Shown: positions 37,201-50,635 of the stretch, in pieces
Layout: each line of letters starts with the position of its first letter
Position numbering within the stretch: position 1 is the stretch's first letter
NCBI GenBank assembly: GCA_015680685.1
Contig: MNCI01001457.1
Location: 77,201 to 141,200, forward strand
Reading direction: 5' to 3'
Source: Gnetum montanum
Taxonomy: Eukaryota; Plantae; Gnetophyta
Length of the DNA stretch: 64,000 bases
Notes under the pieces: model-generated
Database searches by the model: none
What the model saw: only the letters and a program-made list of their open reading frames with translations
Told to the model about the DNA's origin: nothing
Made by a program: the position numbers and the translations under genes

Positions 37201-39000
37201 TAAGAGTTAGTATTTGATCTACATCATCTCATACATCTTATCAATATAAATACTTGTAAGGATCTCTATGGGTTTCATGCACATTGTTGAAGTGAAGTTA
37301 TCATCTATGGTTAATCACAAGGTATCTTCTTTCTTCATGGTTACTATGTATAGGCACCTTTGAATACTAGCTAGTTTGACATATGTATGTTGTGATAGTT
37401 CTACTCCTGATTGTCCATATTTTCTGCATGTAATTACACCCTGTATCACTATATGTGATGCATGATACTAGCTTCTTTTTAATCTTTTCAAATTCATTTT
37501 CTTAAACATTTCTATGGAGAGGTCTTTTATTTCAAGCTTGGCATCAATGGTACTTACCTAAGCTCTTTCCATGATGATTAAAAAGTCTTTCTTATAGGGG
37601 TTAAGTTGACAAACTTTTCCTACAAGCAACCTTTTGAGTGTTTTCCTTTTGACAAAATTTGAGTTTAAGACATAAATCTTAGACTCCTATAAGTGTGACA
37701 AGATAAAAAAAACCCTTTGGATATTCATACTAGCAAATGTTACACCTTTCATCATCTAATTCAATGTTGAAAACCTCTTTAATTGTAGCAACTTCTATTT
37801 TTGATGATATAGTCCTTTCCTATATTCTTCTTTTCCCTTCTATCTTTGTTCTTGGCTCTTTCTTATGTTGTCTTCTTTTCCATAATATTTAGTCAAGTTT
37901 AGAAATTCTCATTAATAGAGTCTCATATCTTATTAACCTTGGATAAGATTTTGGTAACAAATTTTTAGATCAACAAGGTTTTTCACTGTGTAGCCTCCTC
38001 TAGTGATGCTCTATTATCTAGTTCATATAGATAGATCTTCTTTTTATGGATGAAAGGTTCTTTGTTGTACTCCTATGCACTCTCTCTTTTCTTCAACTTC
38101 CCTTATTTCTTTGCTACCTAGTTGACAAGCCTTCGTATATGATGAGCCCTTATTTCTTATAGTCTTCCTTATGTGTAAACCTTAAGAGTTTCCATAGTTT
38201 TGTTTTAGACTTCATCTATGATGTGGCTTAGCTATTCCCTTTAAGAGAAGCCATAGTTTGGGCATCAATGCAATAGAGAATAGTACCTACCTAATGCCAC
38301 ATCAAGGGATTCATAATTATCTTATCTCTATTCTTGGCTTTGCTTTCTCAAGTTAGACACTTTAGAGTATGTTTAGTATTTTTCATTGAACAACTCCAAC
38401 ATCATAGTTCATCTCCAAATAGATAATAGTTCCAAGGACTAGTACCAAATTTTAGCTTCTTTGATGAGAATCCTAAGGAAGAGTTTGAGCTTTTTCCAAT
38501 CATTCTCAATGTTTTGCAAGAGGCAGGCATCATTAAAGGCTTGGAAGTGATATTGAGTATTAGCATTGTAGCTTCCCTCAAACTTAGGGATGTTGTTCAT
38601 GTCTAACTATTTTCTTTGACTATCCCTTTGATCAAAGTAGAAATATAGATGCCCTCTCAAATGTTGATCATATGCATCTTATTCCTCATGACCCCTAGCA
38701 TGGTCATTCTTCCTATGGTGTTGCCTACTATGTCTCCTTTCTTGATGATTTTCCTTTCCTTATTTCTCTTACCTATGTTCTATTCTCTAATCCCTATGAT
38801 GGAGTCTTCTATCATCTTCAACTTATCTATTGCTAATGCCCCTTTAATCATGGTCATGTTCATCCTCATTAGAGCTTGATGATGAGGATGAGGATGGAGA
38901 GCTAAGAGAGTCATGTTAGCTTTCTTTATTTCTCTAGTCTCTTTATTACTTTCAAGATAGACGGTTGGGAGACCTTAGCCTTGAAGTTTTCCTAGTTCTA
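34260..39000 (-). pseudogene. pol: gag-pol of element C, decayed
   Basis: 'NPKLKQVVKKE..FIYLVANSEWVNPLIIVP' (36767-36961), 'VEVFMDDFFTY' (~36470-36440), 'YHPQANDQVEITNRE' (~34890-34850), gag 'NNIPKFEGSYNANTQYHFQAFNDAC' (~38598-38525). Confidence 0.85.
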
Positions 39001-39683
39001 GATTCAACTCTTTCCTTACCTTGATTTCTTTCTAAGGTTGAATGCAACCATTGATGGATTATGTTTTCTCCACCAAATAAAGAAGAACCTTGGTGTTAAG
39101 ATCTTCCTAATGGTTGATCACTGTCCATCTTTTCTAATTGTCATGTTAGTTGGATTAGAACCCCCTTGTCTTTGGCAACTTCATGATAAGTCTTCATGAA
39201 TTTATGTTTTCAAATTTGGACCTTCATTAGTTGATAGTCCTTAAGAGATATGATTGGCCACTTGGTACAATGAGATTACTACTTCAATCCCCAACTTCAT
39301 TAGTGATGACATGAACATTGATGAGATCACATGACCAAGTGGTAACACTATGTTACTCTCTAGGTCTCTCAATCATAGTTGTTCATCCTAATGAATGATA
39401 AAGATGAAGTTTAGAAGAAAAGGATCTAGATGTGTGTAGATAACTTTAATCTATTGGGATACAACCTCCATATTCTTCCTTGTTCTATCATGTAATCTTG
39501 TGAAGTCATCCACAGGTGGGGAATCAACCTTGCAAGAAGAAAACATATTTTGAGTTTATTTTAAGTGTTCCTTGACTAAAATATTATAATTTTTCATATG
39601 ATGTATCATTGTGATCCTACAATGATCTTTATATACCTTAGTTATCTAAGAAACTTGCACAAACTTCCCAAAAATGATGCTAA

Positions 39684-40472
39684 TTATAAGTGGCAAAGTA
39701 GATCCTACATCCAATCATATAGATCGTAAGCATTCACATGTAATTCATTCAAATTCTATAGACTTGGGCTAGAAAGATCGCCTAGATAACTAAGTGTGAG
39801 ATCGTTGATCATTGTCTTTGCAATTACAACTTGTGTTGGTTTAAGTAGTATGGTTAAGTGTGATTGAGAGGTATGATAATTTCATTGTTATTTAAAATAT
39901 TAAACTAATTAACTAAGTACATAAAAGAAGTCTATACTAGCCTAAGAATTGAGTATCCATTTCCACTTTTTGTATGCATCCTTAACTTATACGAATGTTG
40001 TTGGGCTACCAAGTATTCACTATTGGGCACACCAAGTGTTTGCTACTAGGATTACCAAATGTTAATATGTTATGTTTGAAGTGGTTGTACTCAAGTGCTA
40101 TTACTAAATAAAATATTTAATCACAAAGTGCATAAAAGTAAATAACATTAAAAGTAAAGTACTGAAAAGGAATCTAAAACACTCATTCTAGTATTGTAAT
40201 GGATAGAACTAATCTTGATTTTATTATCACCATATATATGTATCCAAGTACATGATATACTTGAATAAAATTTTGTATAATTAACTCAACTCATGCTATG
40301 GGTACTCATTGGAGAAAAATTCTAACTTTCATGGAATATAACTACAAGAGTTTGGCTATGCTACTGACTAAAAGATGCCATTTGTATAAGCAAAGCACAA
40401 GACTACATCAATGCATCATAGGATGCATCGACACATACCCATTGACACAACAAAAAAATATAGGTTTTATTA
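39684..40472 (-). repeat. 5' LTR of element C
   Basis: Similar to the solo LTRs at 26998 and 47966 (shared blocks AAGCATTCAC, TACCAAG..ACTAGGATTACCAA, TCTTGAT). PBS-like sequence abuts 39683. The right boundary is approximate. Confidence 0.65.
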
Positions 40473-40508
40473 GTAATTAATACAGTGAATAAAGTTTGAA
40501 AAGTAGAT

Positions 40509-41388
40509 TAATGAGTGGTGGAGTAAAACCCAAAAAGTCACAGGTGTTCACACGCAACCAAATCGTAACCCATGGATGAGGCAATGTGAATATGCTAGTA
40601 ATTTGTTTAAGTTTGAGACTGTTATCTTCCCATGCAGAGCTAGTGAAGTTTGTGTATGGTTTAGCTCAAAGTGAGGCATATGATATGTTGATGTTGATAG
40701 GCCATTTCTCCTAGCAAATATGATAAAATGAAAATAGTTCCTAATTTTAAGGAAAACAAAAAACAAATCTATTCTATTCTATGGCGATGTATATCTAGTC
40801 TTGATTTTTTGTACACATCTTGGGCTCATATAATCATTACTAGGATTACTAAGTATCTCGCTACTGGGTGAACCAAGTGATAACACTACTAGGATACCAA
40901 ACGATCACACTTTATGCTCAAAATCAATTGTATCCATTCTGCATACTAACAATAGTAAAAGTAAAGTGAATGAAATAGTAAAACATTAACTCGGAAAGAA
41001 ATAATTAGTATTCTAAGTGAAGATGGAAAAGATTATTCTAAGCAGTAAACTAGGAGAATGCTGTAATAGTATGAAATAGCTTGATCTTTATTAGCAGTCA
41101 CACTTGCACCCAAGTACAAGATGTTTGAATAAATACTCCATTCACTAAGTCACACTACACGGGCATTCACACTTCTAAGTACTTAAGACTAAATTCACAA
41201 AAATAAATTAAAAGAGTTTTTCCACTACTAAATGAAATCTATTATAAATCTATGAGTCTAATTATTGTATTTATAGGCTGGCATGTATCTCATGGTATCA
41301 CATATACGATGACGTAGCTAGTTCTACGATATTGTAGCTATGATATTAGATATATGATATCATAGTCAAACAAAAATCAACTTTATCA
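40509..41388 (-). repeat. 3' LTR of element D
   Basis: Minus strand TGATAAAG...CCACTCATTA, immediately after an Athila-type PPT (..TCAAGGATGAG..TCATGGGGGTA). Shares blocks with 47966-48843. Confidence 0.8.
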
Positions 41389-41571
41389 TACCCCCATGAC
41401 TAACTGAAAACTCATCCTTGATTTAAAACAAAATGAGGATGGAGTTCTTACAAAATTTGGAGGTAGATTTACATGATACTAAATGTTGTAGTGGTATTTT
41501 ACAAAATTGGTACAAGACATTACATGATAAACAAAATAAAAAAAACAACTTGATGAAGCTCAATGTAGCCT

Positions 41572-44318
41572 ATGTAGTTCCTGGTGGTGGTGTTTCCTCC
41601 ATTAGTTTCTTTCCCTTGTCACTAGGCTTTTGGAATTTGTATCTATTTAAGAGTTCCTAAAGTTTCTCCTCCTTCGTTCTCAAGTCATGTACCATCCATG
41701 CATGTTGTGTAATGTGTGATGGAACTGGTACATTCCATGGACATGATAGGTGCAAAAACATCTGATTGGCTTTGACATACCATGCTACAAACTACCTCCT
41801 CTCCTATTCAAATGCTCTGTCCTTGGCCATAAATCATGATAGTCAGACAATCTTTAGGCCAAGTTCTTTACAACATCTTTTTGCCCTTGGTAGCCATTCT
41901 TAACTACTTCTAGTTTAGAGTTTTTTAATTGAAGTTTCTGCAGAGCATCTTTCCACTCTACAAACTCTTTTTCATATAATTCATACATGGTTGCCACTTG
42001 TTATTCAAGCTTGTTTCTAGCCCTACCTACTATTAACATAGCCAAGTTGGCATTGCGAAGGTTAGCTAACCCCATGTATTCTTTTATATCTTCTACCTAC
42101 AAGTCTTTATTTTTTATTTCTACTTGGTGAACATGAGCATAACTATCCAAGATGGATTGCTAGTCTAGATTTTGTGTTGATATGAAATTAATCTGGGCTT
42201 TCGTCATCTAGATTTCCTTCTCATTAATTTGTTTATACATGCCCACATAATCAAAGAAGTTGTCCTTGAGCCTCTTGTGCTTCTTAGCTTCATTTTTCCA
42301 CATGCTAATTTCAATGGCTAATTTCTGTCTAATTGTGTATTCCTCCTCTATTGAGAGGGTTCTATTTTCTCTTGGGAAGTGGCTCATATCCTAGTTAACT
42401 CTCATTAGTTACTCTCTCAATTGATAGATGCTCTTCTTAAGAATGTTCTTTGCTTCTCTACAGTAGTCAACTTGGTGTTATCTGTAATAAGCTGTTTATT
42501 TTATTTCTGTGCTACAATAAGTGCCTTAACATGTGCATATGTCTGTAGTTCAACTATGGAGGCATTCCACACTACTTTCTCCTTCACATTTGTCATCTAC
42601 TTATTTTGTGCTATTAAAAGATTCATCTATTCTATTCTAAATTGCTCTAGCTAATCAAGTGCAACATATTGAGTAGGTTCTCTACATTTATGTCTTAGGG
42701 TTGCAAGCTCTTCCTATAGTTTGAGAAGTTCATTCTATGCATTCTCTACCCTAGTTTCTACCATGACCAACTTAACCTTGGTTGCTATTAACTCTAATTG
42801 TACTGCAGTGACATCACTTGGGATGTTAAAAAGAGTTATCATTACTTACCCATTTTGCAGTAGTTAATCTAGCACATCCTCATGATTAGTAAGAGTCATT
42901 GAGGTACCAACTAACATTTGAGCATCCCTTCCTCTAGTTAGATTAGCAAGCACCATAACAAGTACATTAAAAGATTCCTTGATGTGATCCATGATCACAT
43001 CTACTATTCCTACTGCATCCTAGTGCTGCATAACCACAATTGTGGCTCTTTCACCTATTTCAAGCACCACTTGGAACGATGTAGTGTTTCTAAAAATTCA
43101 TTATGATCATTGGACCTCTCCTCCTAACTACAATGATATCTATTCACTTACAGGATCTATGAAAATTATGGGCCAAATGGTACTATTAATAGCTCTGTAG
43201 AGATTGACCTCTTCACACAGTCCCCAACTAATAATCTCTACAATTTCTTATAGATGACTCATGGATGACCTGTAATCTTGTAGTGGTAGTGTTGGAACTT
43301 GTTGCTACTATTGTTCTTGCTATTTTTGTTGCTCTTGATGTTGACCACTAGGTCCTACTTATTGTTGTTGCTTAGTATTCTATGTTGTTTCCCTACTTTC
43401 TATTTATTCTTCCACTTAATCTTTCCTTGGTGGTGCTGGCTTGAGAATTTTAGCTTATGAGGCATTCTAAGCCTTCTTGAGGATGTCATTGGTATACCCT
43501 AGGATTCCAACACATTTGCATAGCTTCTTGATTAGGCAAGGGAATACAAGTTTCAACTTTCCTATCTTCTTTTCTTTGAACTACCTTTGAATTTTCATGA
43601 AATAGAGTTGTGCAAGGTTTTCATTATACTGTTCCATTAGGATTGTACTTCCTTTAGCTACATATGTGGATAGAATGTTTAATATTTTTGTGGGAAATAG
43701 GTGATATGTACTAATTTTAAAATAGATTCTCTTTTTCAAAGTCAACTCATTATACTTCTTTTCTTTCTTTTCTATATGTCCTTTTTAATCATAGTTTTCT
43801 AGTTTTTATGTTTGACCATGTGGACAGATGTGCTACTTTGCCTCTTCATTAGGCACATTTAGGACTTTAGCTATCACCTTAGTTGAGTATGAAATAGAGA
43901 CTCCTTTAATATTGACCATTGCATCTTCTTCTTTGTTATCCTAGAATTGGTAAGTCTCCCTTAAATACCATAGTGGTGACACTTGGAGTTGTGTCCTTAT
44001 TGCTTCTAGAATAAATTCCACAAATGGAACAAAGTTCATCTCCACAAGTACTATGGTTAAGAGTGTCTTATCTTGGATGATCTAGAGGCATTCTTGTGAT
44101 AACATGAGGCACTAGCCTTGTGCCTTTGGTTCTTCTACCTTCGCTTAGGCCAAATGTCCTATGGTAGGAGTTTCCTAATGGATGCTAAAAGATTGAGCCT
44201 CTTTCTCTGCATGTTTTTCTTGTGGATCCTATTCTTCTATTTGGCCTCTCCCTTAGCCTCATGGTCTTCTGCTTGGAAGCTGTGAGGGTCCTCCTATTGC
44301 TCCTCTCTTTGGGACCAT
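41572..44318 (-). pseudogene. Accessory ORF (ORF2) of element D, about 915 codons, decayed
   Basis: Starts ATG GTC CCA AAG AGA GGA right after TGTAG. Contains 'KLVFPCLIKKLCKCVGI' and 'DHIKESFNVLVMV' and ends 'DKGKKLMEETPPPGTT*'. Collinear with 1-2865. Confidence 0.8.
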
Positions 44319-46499
44319 CTACAATCATTAAGGATTTGAGAATTATTAGAATGTCTACTTTGATTTGGATAACTACTTTCTTTTCTCATATCCTTAATTA
44401 GATTAATTTTTAGCTCATTATGACTACAAAGCTATAAAATTTTCCAAAAAGAAACACCATAGATGTTAATTTCCTTATAAGCCTTCATAGTTGTCCATTT
44501 TGTTCTTGTTTATGGTTCATAATGGTTGGGATGGTTCATTAAAAGGATTGTTTAAGTGTTTCTAACATTAATGTGATTGATTTTCATTAAAAAATTTTCA
44601 TTTTTTTCCTTCATACTTACCCTTTTGATACCCTTTAAGTGTTAGAAAATTTTGACTCAAATTTTTGTAACAATATCATGCCAAGCAACCCCAACACCCC
44701 CCGCCCCCCACCCTAACTAAGTTGAGAAATTTGAGATCATCAAGGTTCAAGAATTATGAAAATTGAAGCTACAAGTGTGGAGTTATGGGAGTTGGAAGTT
44801 GGAAGGTCAAAGCTTAGAACTTAGAAGAAAAAAGGGCAAAAACTCCCTTAGCGCAAATGTGAAAAATGAGAAATTCCACTAAGTCCCTACATATATATAA
44901 TTTTTGTGAGCTACGATATCATAGGGGGCTTTGATATTGGAGGAAAAATTTTAAAATTTTATAATAATATTTGATGAATAAAAATGAGTCAATTTGAATG
45001 TTTGGAAGGTATGGAACATGTTGAGAGGGTCATGGGCAATGAATGATGCATATTTTTTGAAAATTTGGCATAAAAAGTTCATCAATAAGGAATCTCAACT
45101 ATGAAAGTTCAGTGGATGTTGATAAGATGGATGAGATGGGAAATTAACTCATGTTATTGGAACAAATAGTTTGAATGTTAAGAGTTTATTGATGTTTATT
45201 ATTGTTGAAAGGCTCAATATAATGTGAAATTACTTGCTAAGTATAAGATACAATAGTTATACAAGTGGGTCCTCCCCAAATTAGGCTACAGTCCTTAGTG
45301 CCCTTATATAACTATGCTTAAAAGTGATCGTAGACACTTAAGGAGTTGAATGTAAGACATACCTATTTAGCAAAACACACATGTTAGTATCACCTAGTTG
45401 GGAAAAATATGCTATGTTACACAAAATCACAAGTTATGATTATCCATATGGTGAGATGAAATGGACTTAGAAGGGATTGTAGAATCAGAACGTGAAGTAT
45501 CTTTCCATAGGCATAATGAATTCTTGTGTTTTATTAGTGGTTAAAGTAATCATTAACCTTTCTGTCCAAGATTCAAACTAAGTCTAGACCACATTTCAAT
45601 GACATTGAATTATCTAATATCTTGGAATTATGATTGTAAGACTACTACTTTGTAAGGAGTATCATCACTTGGCATATTGTCCAAGGAAGGAGTTTATTCA
45701 TTGTACTTTTTAACTTTTTTCTTTTTTAGATTCCTAAGAAGCCACCTACCTTCAAGCATGGGTAACATGTCTTTCCATTGGAACCCCCAAAAATTTATTT
45801 TGTGCATGAGATTTATTTTTATTTGTGTCAACCTTTCTAGAGGACTACCTTTAGGCATGGGTCATGGTAAGGTAGCACTTATTTTACTCTTACTCTCATT
45901 TTTCGTTAAATCTACAAGGATATAACACAACCTAAGCAATAGGATAAAACTGACAGAAGTAATCCAAGAGAGTCCACAAATCCCCTTGATTTCACACCCT
46001 TAACATTCCCTCTTGGTTCTTTACTTTTTGGTCTAGGCATAATGATCACAAGTTTATTCTTAGTTGTATGATGAGAAGAATATCATTATGGCCATGGTAA
46101 GAACCTCTTATTAATGGAATGAATGGATGAATATTGTGGTCTCACTATTCAAATAATCAGTCCCTTATGACTTGATACCATAGAAAAATCTTTGCCTTAT
46201 TGGATTACATCTTACCTTATTCTTAATATGGTGTGTTAGCAATCAAAATTATTTACAAAGGAAATGAAAAAAATTATGAAAAAGATAGTAAAAATTAGAA
46301 AAAGATGTAAAGAATGAAAAATGTCGAAGAATGAAAAATTATTAAAGAATTGAAAAATGTTAAAGAATATCAAAAATTTAAGAAATGAAAAAGTATAAAA
46401 GAATGATTAAATATCAAAGAATGTGAAAAGTGCAAATAAAATGAAAAATTTAGTAAAGTACCTACAGTTCTAGATTGATAGCCCCACAACGATTATTAG

Positions 46500-49247
46500 G
46501 ATCAGTTAAATGGAAGATAGAATAGGTAGAAGATGGTTAGGTAGATTAGGTAGATTCCTTGGAATATTCATAATAGATTTTGACGTGTTGGATATTAACA
46601 AGAATAAGCTTATGGGGATAGGATGGGTGGTAGATATGTAAGGCACCAGATGGATAAGTGACTTGAACAATGTATGGTCCCTCCCAAAGTGTTTGATACT
46701 TCACTTTTTGGGATAGATGATTAGGATTATAGTAAAGGATCTTATCACTCGATTATGTAGTCACATGCCTTATTCATGTATCATGCCCAAGTTTAGAGTA
46801 ATTTTTATGGACTTCATTTCTCATGAGTGCTACAAGCCTATTCTCATCTAAAAGGTTTAGATTCATGAGGCATTCTTGTTGGGCTAAGCTCAAGTCAAGG
46901 TCAAGTTCATTGGCAATAGCTAGGGTGTGGAGCTCTGCTTGGATTGGGAGCATTGGAAACTTGCCATAAACTAACTCATATGGTGAGTACCCTATAGGTA
47001 GTTTCCAAGATGTCCTATAGGCTCATAGAGCATCATTTAGTTTAGTGCTCTATCCCTTTCTCAACCTACGAATGATCCTAGTAAGTATCCTTGTAATTTC
47101 TCAATTAATAACTTTAGCTTGACCATTTGCTTGGGGATCATATGGTGTTGTTAGCTTATGGTTCACCCCAAGTTGTTGCATGAGCTTTTCTAGTGTAGCA
47201 CCAATGAAGTGAGTCACATTATCTTATATGAGCATTCTTGGTACTCCAAATCTATTCACCACATGCTATTGAAAAAATTTGATAGTTGTCTTTGTTGTAT
47301 AGTCTTTAACTGCTGCTACCTCTACCCACTGCATACAACAATTCATAGTCATGACTATGTATCCTTTTCCATTTGACATCAATGTTATGAGCCCCATAAA
47401 ATCAATTTCTCATATGTCAAAAGGTTCGAGTGGTTGTATCCAGTGTTATGGCCCTTCGTATCTAGCCATAATTCTTCCATCTCTTTGGCATCACTTACAA
47501 GATTGTGCAAGAGTGTAAACATCCCTAAATAAGTTGGGTCAAAAGTAGCCTACCATCATCAATTTGAATGTTGTTTTGCACCCTGCATATTGGCCACCAC
47601 ATGGACCTTCATGGATGTCTTGTAAGACTTTCTATTGGTCACATTCTAGTAAACATCATATGATGAGTCCATCTACACAAATCTTGTATATATTTCTATT
47701 AATTTCCATATATCTTTTTACTCTATGAAGAAATTTTTCTTGTTTTTTCTTAGTCCATTCAGTAGGAAGCTCTTGTGTTGATAGATAACTCATATATTCT
47801 ACAGTCCATGGCTTCCCTATTGCACTTATAGCTTGTACTACTTTGATAAATAGATCTTCATTGGGAAATTGATCTAATGAAGGTTCTACTTGATCTTCAA
47901 AATCCCATTTTATCCTTAATATATGATTAGCTATTACATTTTCTAATCCTTTTTTTTATCATCATTTATGAGCGGCTAGGTACCCCTACACTCAACCATA
48001 TGAATACGAGCATTCACGCACAATCCGGTTGAACTTTGTGGACAGGCTAGCTGTGGTATCTAGATAGTTACACATTGATCGCAGTTCGTTGTCTTCCCAC
48101 CTGGACTAGTATTTGCTTTGTTACATATGGTTTAGTCCAGAGTGAGGCATATGATGTGATCCTAAATTAGTGCTACTCCTACAGACAATGGAGAATAATC
48201 TTGATTAAACTAATGAGTAATAGGAAATGAATTCTAAGCTAACCTAAGTGCGATGAGCATCCATTCCTTAATCATCCATACACATCTTGGACCTCATGCA
48301 TGACTACTACTGGGATTACCAAGTGTAGATCCTAGGTATGCTACTAGGTTACCAAGTAGTCACACTTAAATTCTTGTGATTAAGTCGTACTCATTCCGCA
48401 TTTAACAACAAGAATAGTAAATGATGATAAAGAAATATTAACTAAGAAAATAATAAATAAAAATAAAAATTAACAATAATAATTAAAAAATTAAAACTAA
48501 GTAAATGCTCCAATGATGAAGTAATCTTGATCTTTATTTCCGGTCATGTGCGTGTCCAAGTACGTCACACTCGAATAAAGGTGTCATACAATTACAAGCA
48601 TCACACTGCAGGCATGCACTTAGGAAAATAATCTAACTTCTACGGAAACAAAATGCAAGGGCTTTGCTACAACTACTAGAAAGGTTCCTAAATGAGGCGG
48701 AAGGCCCTCTTATTTATAGGCTGGGATAGGCGGCTACGTAAACAGGGCCACGTCAACGTAGGAAGGCTACATCGATGGGGCCACGTTAACGCGACTGCAT
48801 ATATGGGGCCTAGTTGATGCATCGACTATATAGCACTTCATTAATCATGATGTCAAATTCTTATAGGATGATGAGCCATCTTATCACTCTGGGACTGACC
48901 ATTGGCTTGTTCATAAGAAATTGGATGGCACTATGATCAGTATGGACATAGATCTGATACCTAAGCATGTAATGTCTGAACTTCTCAAGCGTGTACACCA
49001 TGGCCATCAGCTCCTTTTCTATAGTGGTTTAGTTTAATATGATCTAGTGATGCTCTAACTAGCATGATGTATATAGTAAGGCCTCTTTTGATCATCTAAT
49101 TATGTTAGTACTACACCAAGTACATAGTTGGAAGCATCAATCATGTTGTGAAAAGGTCTAGACCAATCTGAAGCTTGAAGGATTGGTGTCTCCACTAGTT
49201 TTTATTTTAGGGCTTCAAATTCCTTTTCTCATGACTCTATCCATTTG
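46500..49247 (-). pseudogene. pol: RNase H and integrase of element D (interrupted by solo LTR)
   Basis: 'IDASNYVLGVVL', 'YSDHSAIQFLMNK', 'WLIIL*EFDI', 'IHEGPCGGQYAG', 'TTPYDPQANGQ', 'ALWAYRTSWKLPIGYSPYELVYGK'. Confidence 0.9.
47966..48843 (-). mobile_element. Solo LTR, close relative of element A's LTR, inserted in RNase H of element D
   Basis: ATCAT on both sides (47961-47965, 48844-48848). Termini TTATGAGCGGC / CACTTCATTA (decayed TGATGA..TCATCA). The host frame 'EFDIM | DKK(G)LENV' is split at this point. Confidence 0.8.
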
Positions 49248-49959
49248 AAGGGTGTATTGTTCTAAATTGTCTGTCTCCGGCTGGAATGAAATAGAAACCA
49301 GGAGATCCCTGGACAAGCACAGAAGACCCTACCTTCGCTTGAGGGCAAGCTGGAATTAACGAAGGCAAAGTACCTTGAATGGTCCGCATGCAGATCAGAC
49401 AAGGATTTCCCCGAACGTACACCGTTATTCTATACGCTGGGTTATACGTAAACTGCGTAACTAATGTCAAATGAAGTGTAGACGTGCAGGAACATAAACA
49501 CTAAGCATACAATAATGAACAAAAACTGTAACCAATCTTAGCAAAAGCAATGTGGTAATATTATTGAGAAACTGAAAGTTACAATGCGCCGATCTAATGC
49601 AGTTGTGAATCTGACACAAGGTGGACAAAGAGCCCCGGTGAATGCAAGGGTGTGACAGCGTGCTAGTTTAGATTGCAGGCATAGCGTAGAGGTTGTATGT
49701 TCAGCATGCAGGGTTGAGGTCTAGCGTATAGGTTTTGTTTTGCTTTCGTTTCTCAGAGTCTTGGGCCCTTTTTTTGTCTCTCGTTTGCTCTCAAATTGCC
49801 CCCCTGATCTAGTGAAAAATTTTTGTTTTTATGAGATCTTGGGCATTAGATTCAAATCTGGAAGGAGATGAGTGGTTGTAAGGTGAGAAAAATTTGGATT
49901 GGGAGATAGGTGGTGCATTGACCGAGTGCAGGATATGTTACAACTGTACAGCATGCTGC

Positions 49960-50139
49960 ATGCCATCATACAGGATGTTAGCGTACAACATGCCAGCATA
50001 CAGGATGTCAACGTACAGCATGCCAACGTATAGGATGCCAGTGTACAACATGCCAGCGTATAGCATGCCAACTTACAGGATGCCAGCGTACATCATGCCA
50101 GCGTACAACATGCCAACATACAACATGCCAACGTACACC
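49960..50139. repeat. 15-bp tandem array (ATGCCAGCGTACAAC-like), 12 units, inside LTR
   Basis: Units counted directly; the counterpart at 57222-57416 has 13 units. Confidence 0.9.
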
Positions 50140-50309
50140 AAAAATGTACCCAGCGTACACACATGAAAATGCTTTATTTTAAGGTCAAAACTTGATTTTC
50201 GGGTGCCTGTGATGATGCCCAATAGTTGCCCTACCTCCGGGAGTTAATTTCAGGTGAAAATCTCACTGTTTGGTGCCTATTTTGGGCTATTTCTGGTGGT
50301 GTACGCTGG

Positions 50310-50635
50310 GTGCACGTTGGGCGTATAGGAATGAAAGACCATCATTTGGAGCCCAAATTTCGATTTTCAAGTGCTTGAGAGCTGTTGGGGATCTTGGTGA
50401 AGGTCCTGGGGGGTCTAGGTGCTTAATTCTGGCATGTTTTGACTCATTTTTGGGGCCCAAAAGTTGTTGTACGCTGGGCGTACAGGAATGAAAGACCATC
50501 ATTTGGAGCCCAAAATTTGATTTTCAAGTGCCTGAGAGCTGCTGGGGACCTTGGGGAAGGTCCTGGGGGGTCTAGACGTTCAATTCTAGCATGTTTTGAC
50601 TCATTTTTGGGGCCCAAAAGTTGCTGTACACTGGG
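50310..50635. repeat. 157-bp tandem duplication inside LTR (also ~57612-57935)
   Basis: AGGAATGAAAGACCATCATTTGGAGCCC recurs at 50327 and 50484. Confidence 0.85.

Larger units (their letters stand above)
29500..40472 (-). mobile_element. Element C: heavily decayed Athila-like Ty3/gypsy element, 3' LTR not found
   Basis: On the minus strand: LTR 40472-39684, decayed PBS (TTAGCATCATTTTTGGG, 39683-39667), gag ~39000-38200, RT ~36960-36200, RNase H ~36100-35690, INT ~35500-34260, accessory ORF ~32230-29590. Confidence 0.82.

Noticed and set aside
49829-50166. Cys-rich and MPAY-repeat ORFs here and at 57091-57443
   Set aside because: They are translations of the 15-bp LTR minisatellite, open simply because the unit lacks stops.
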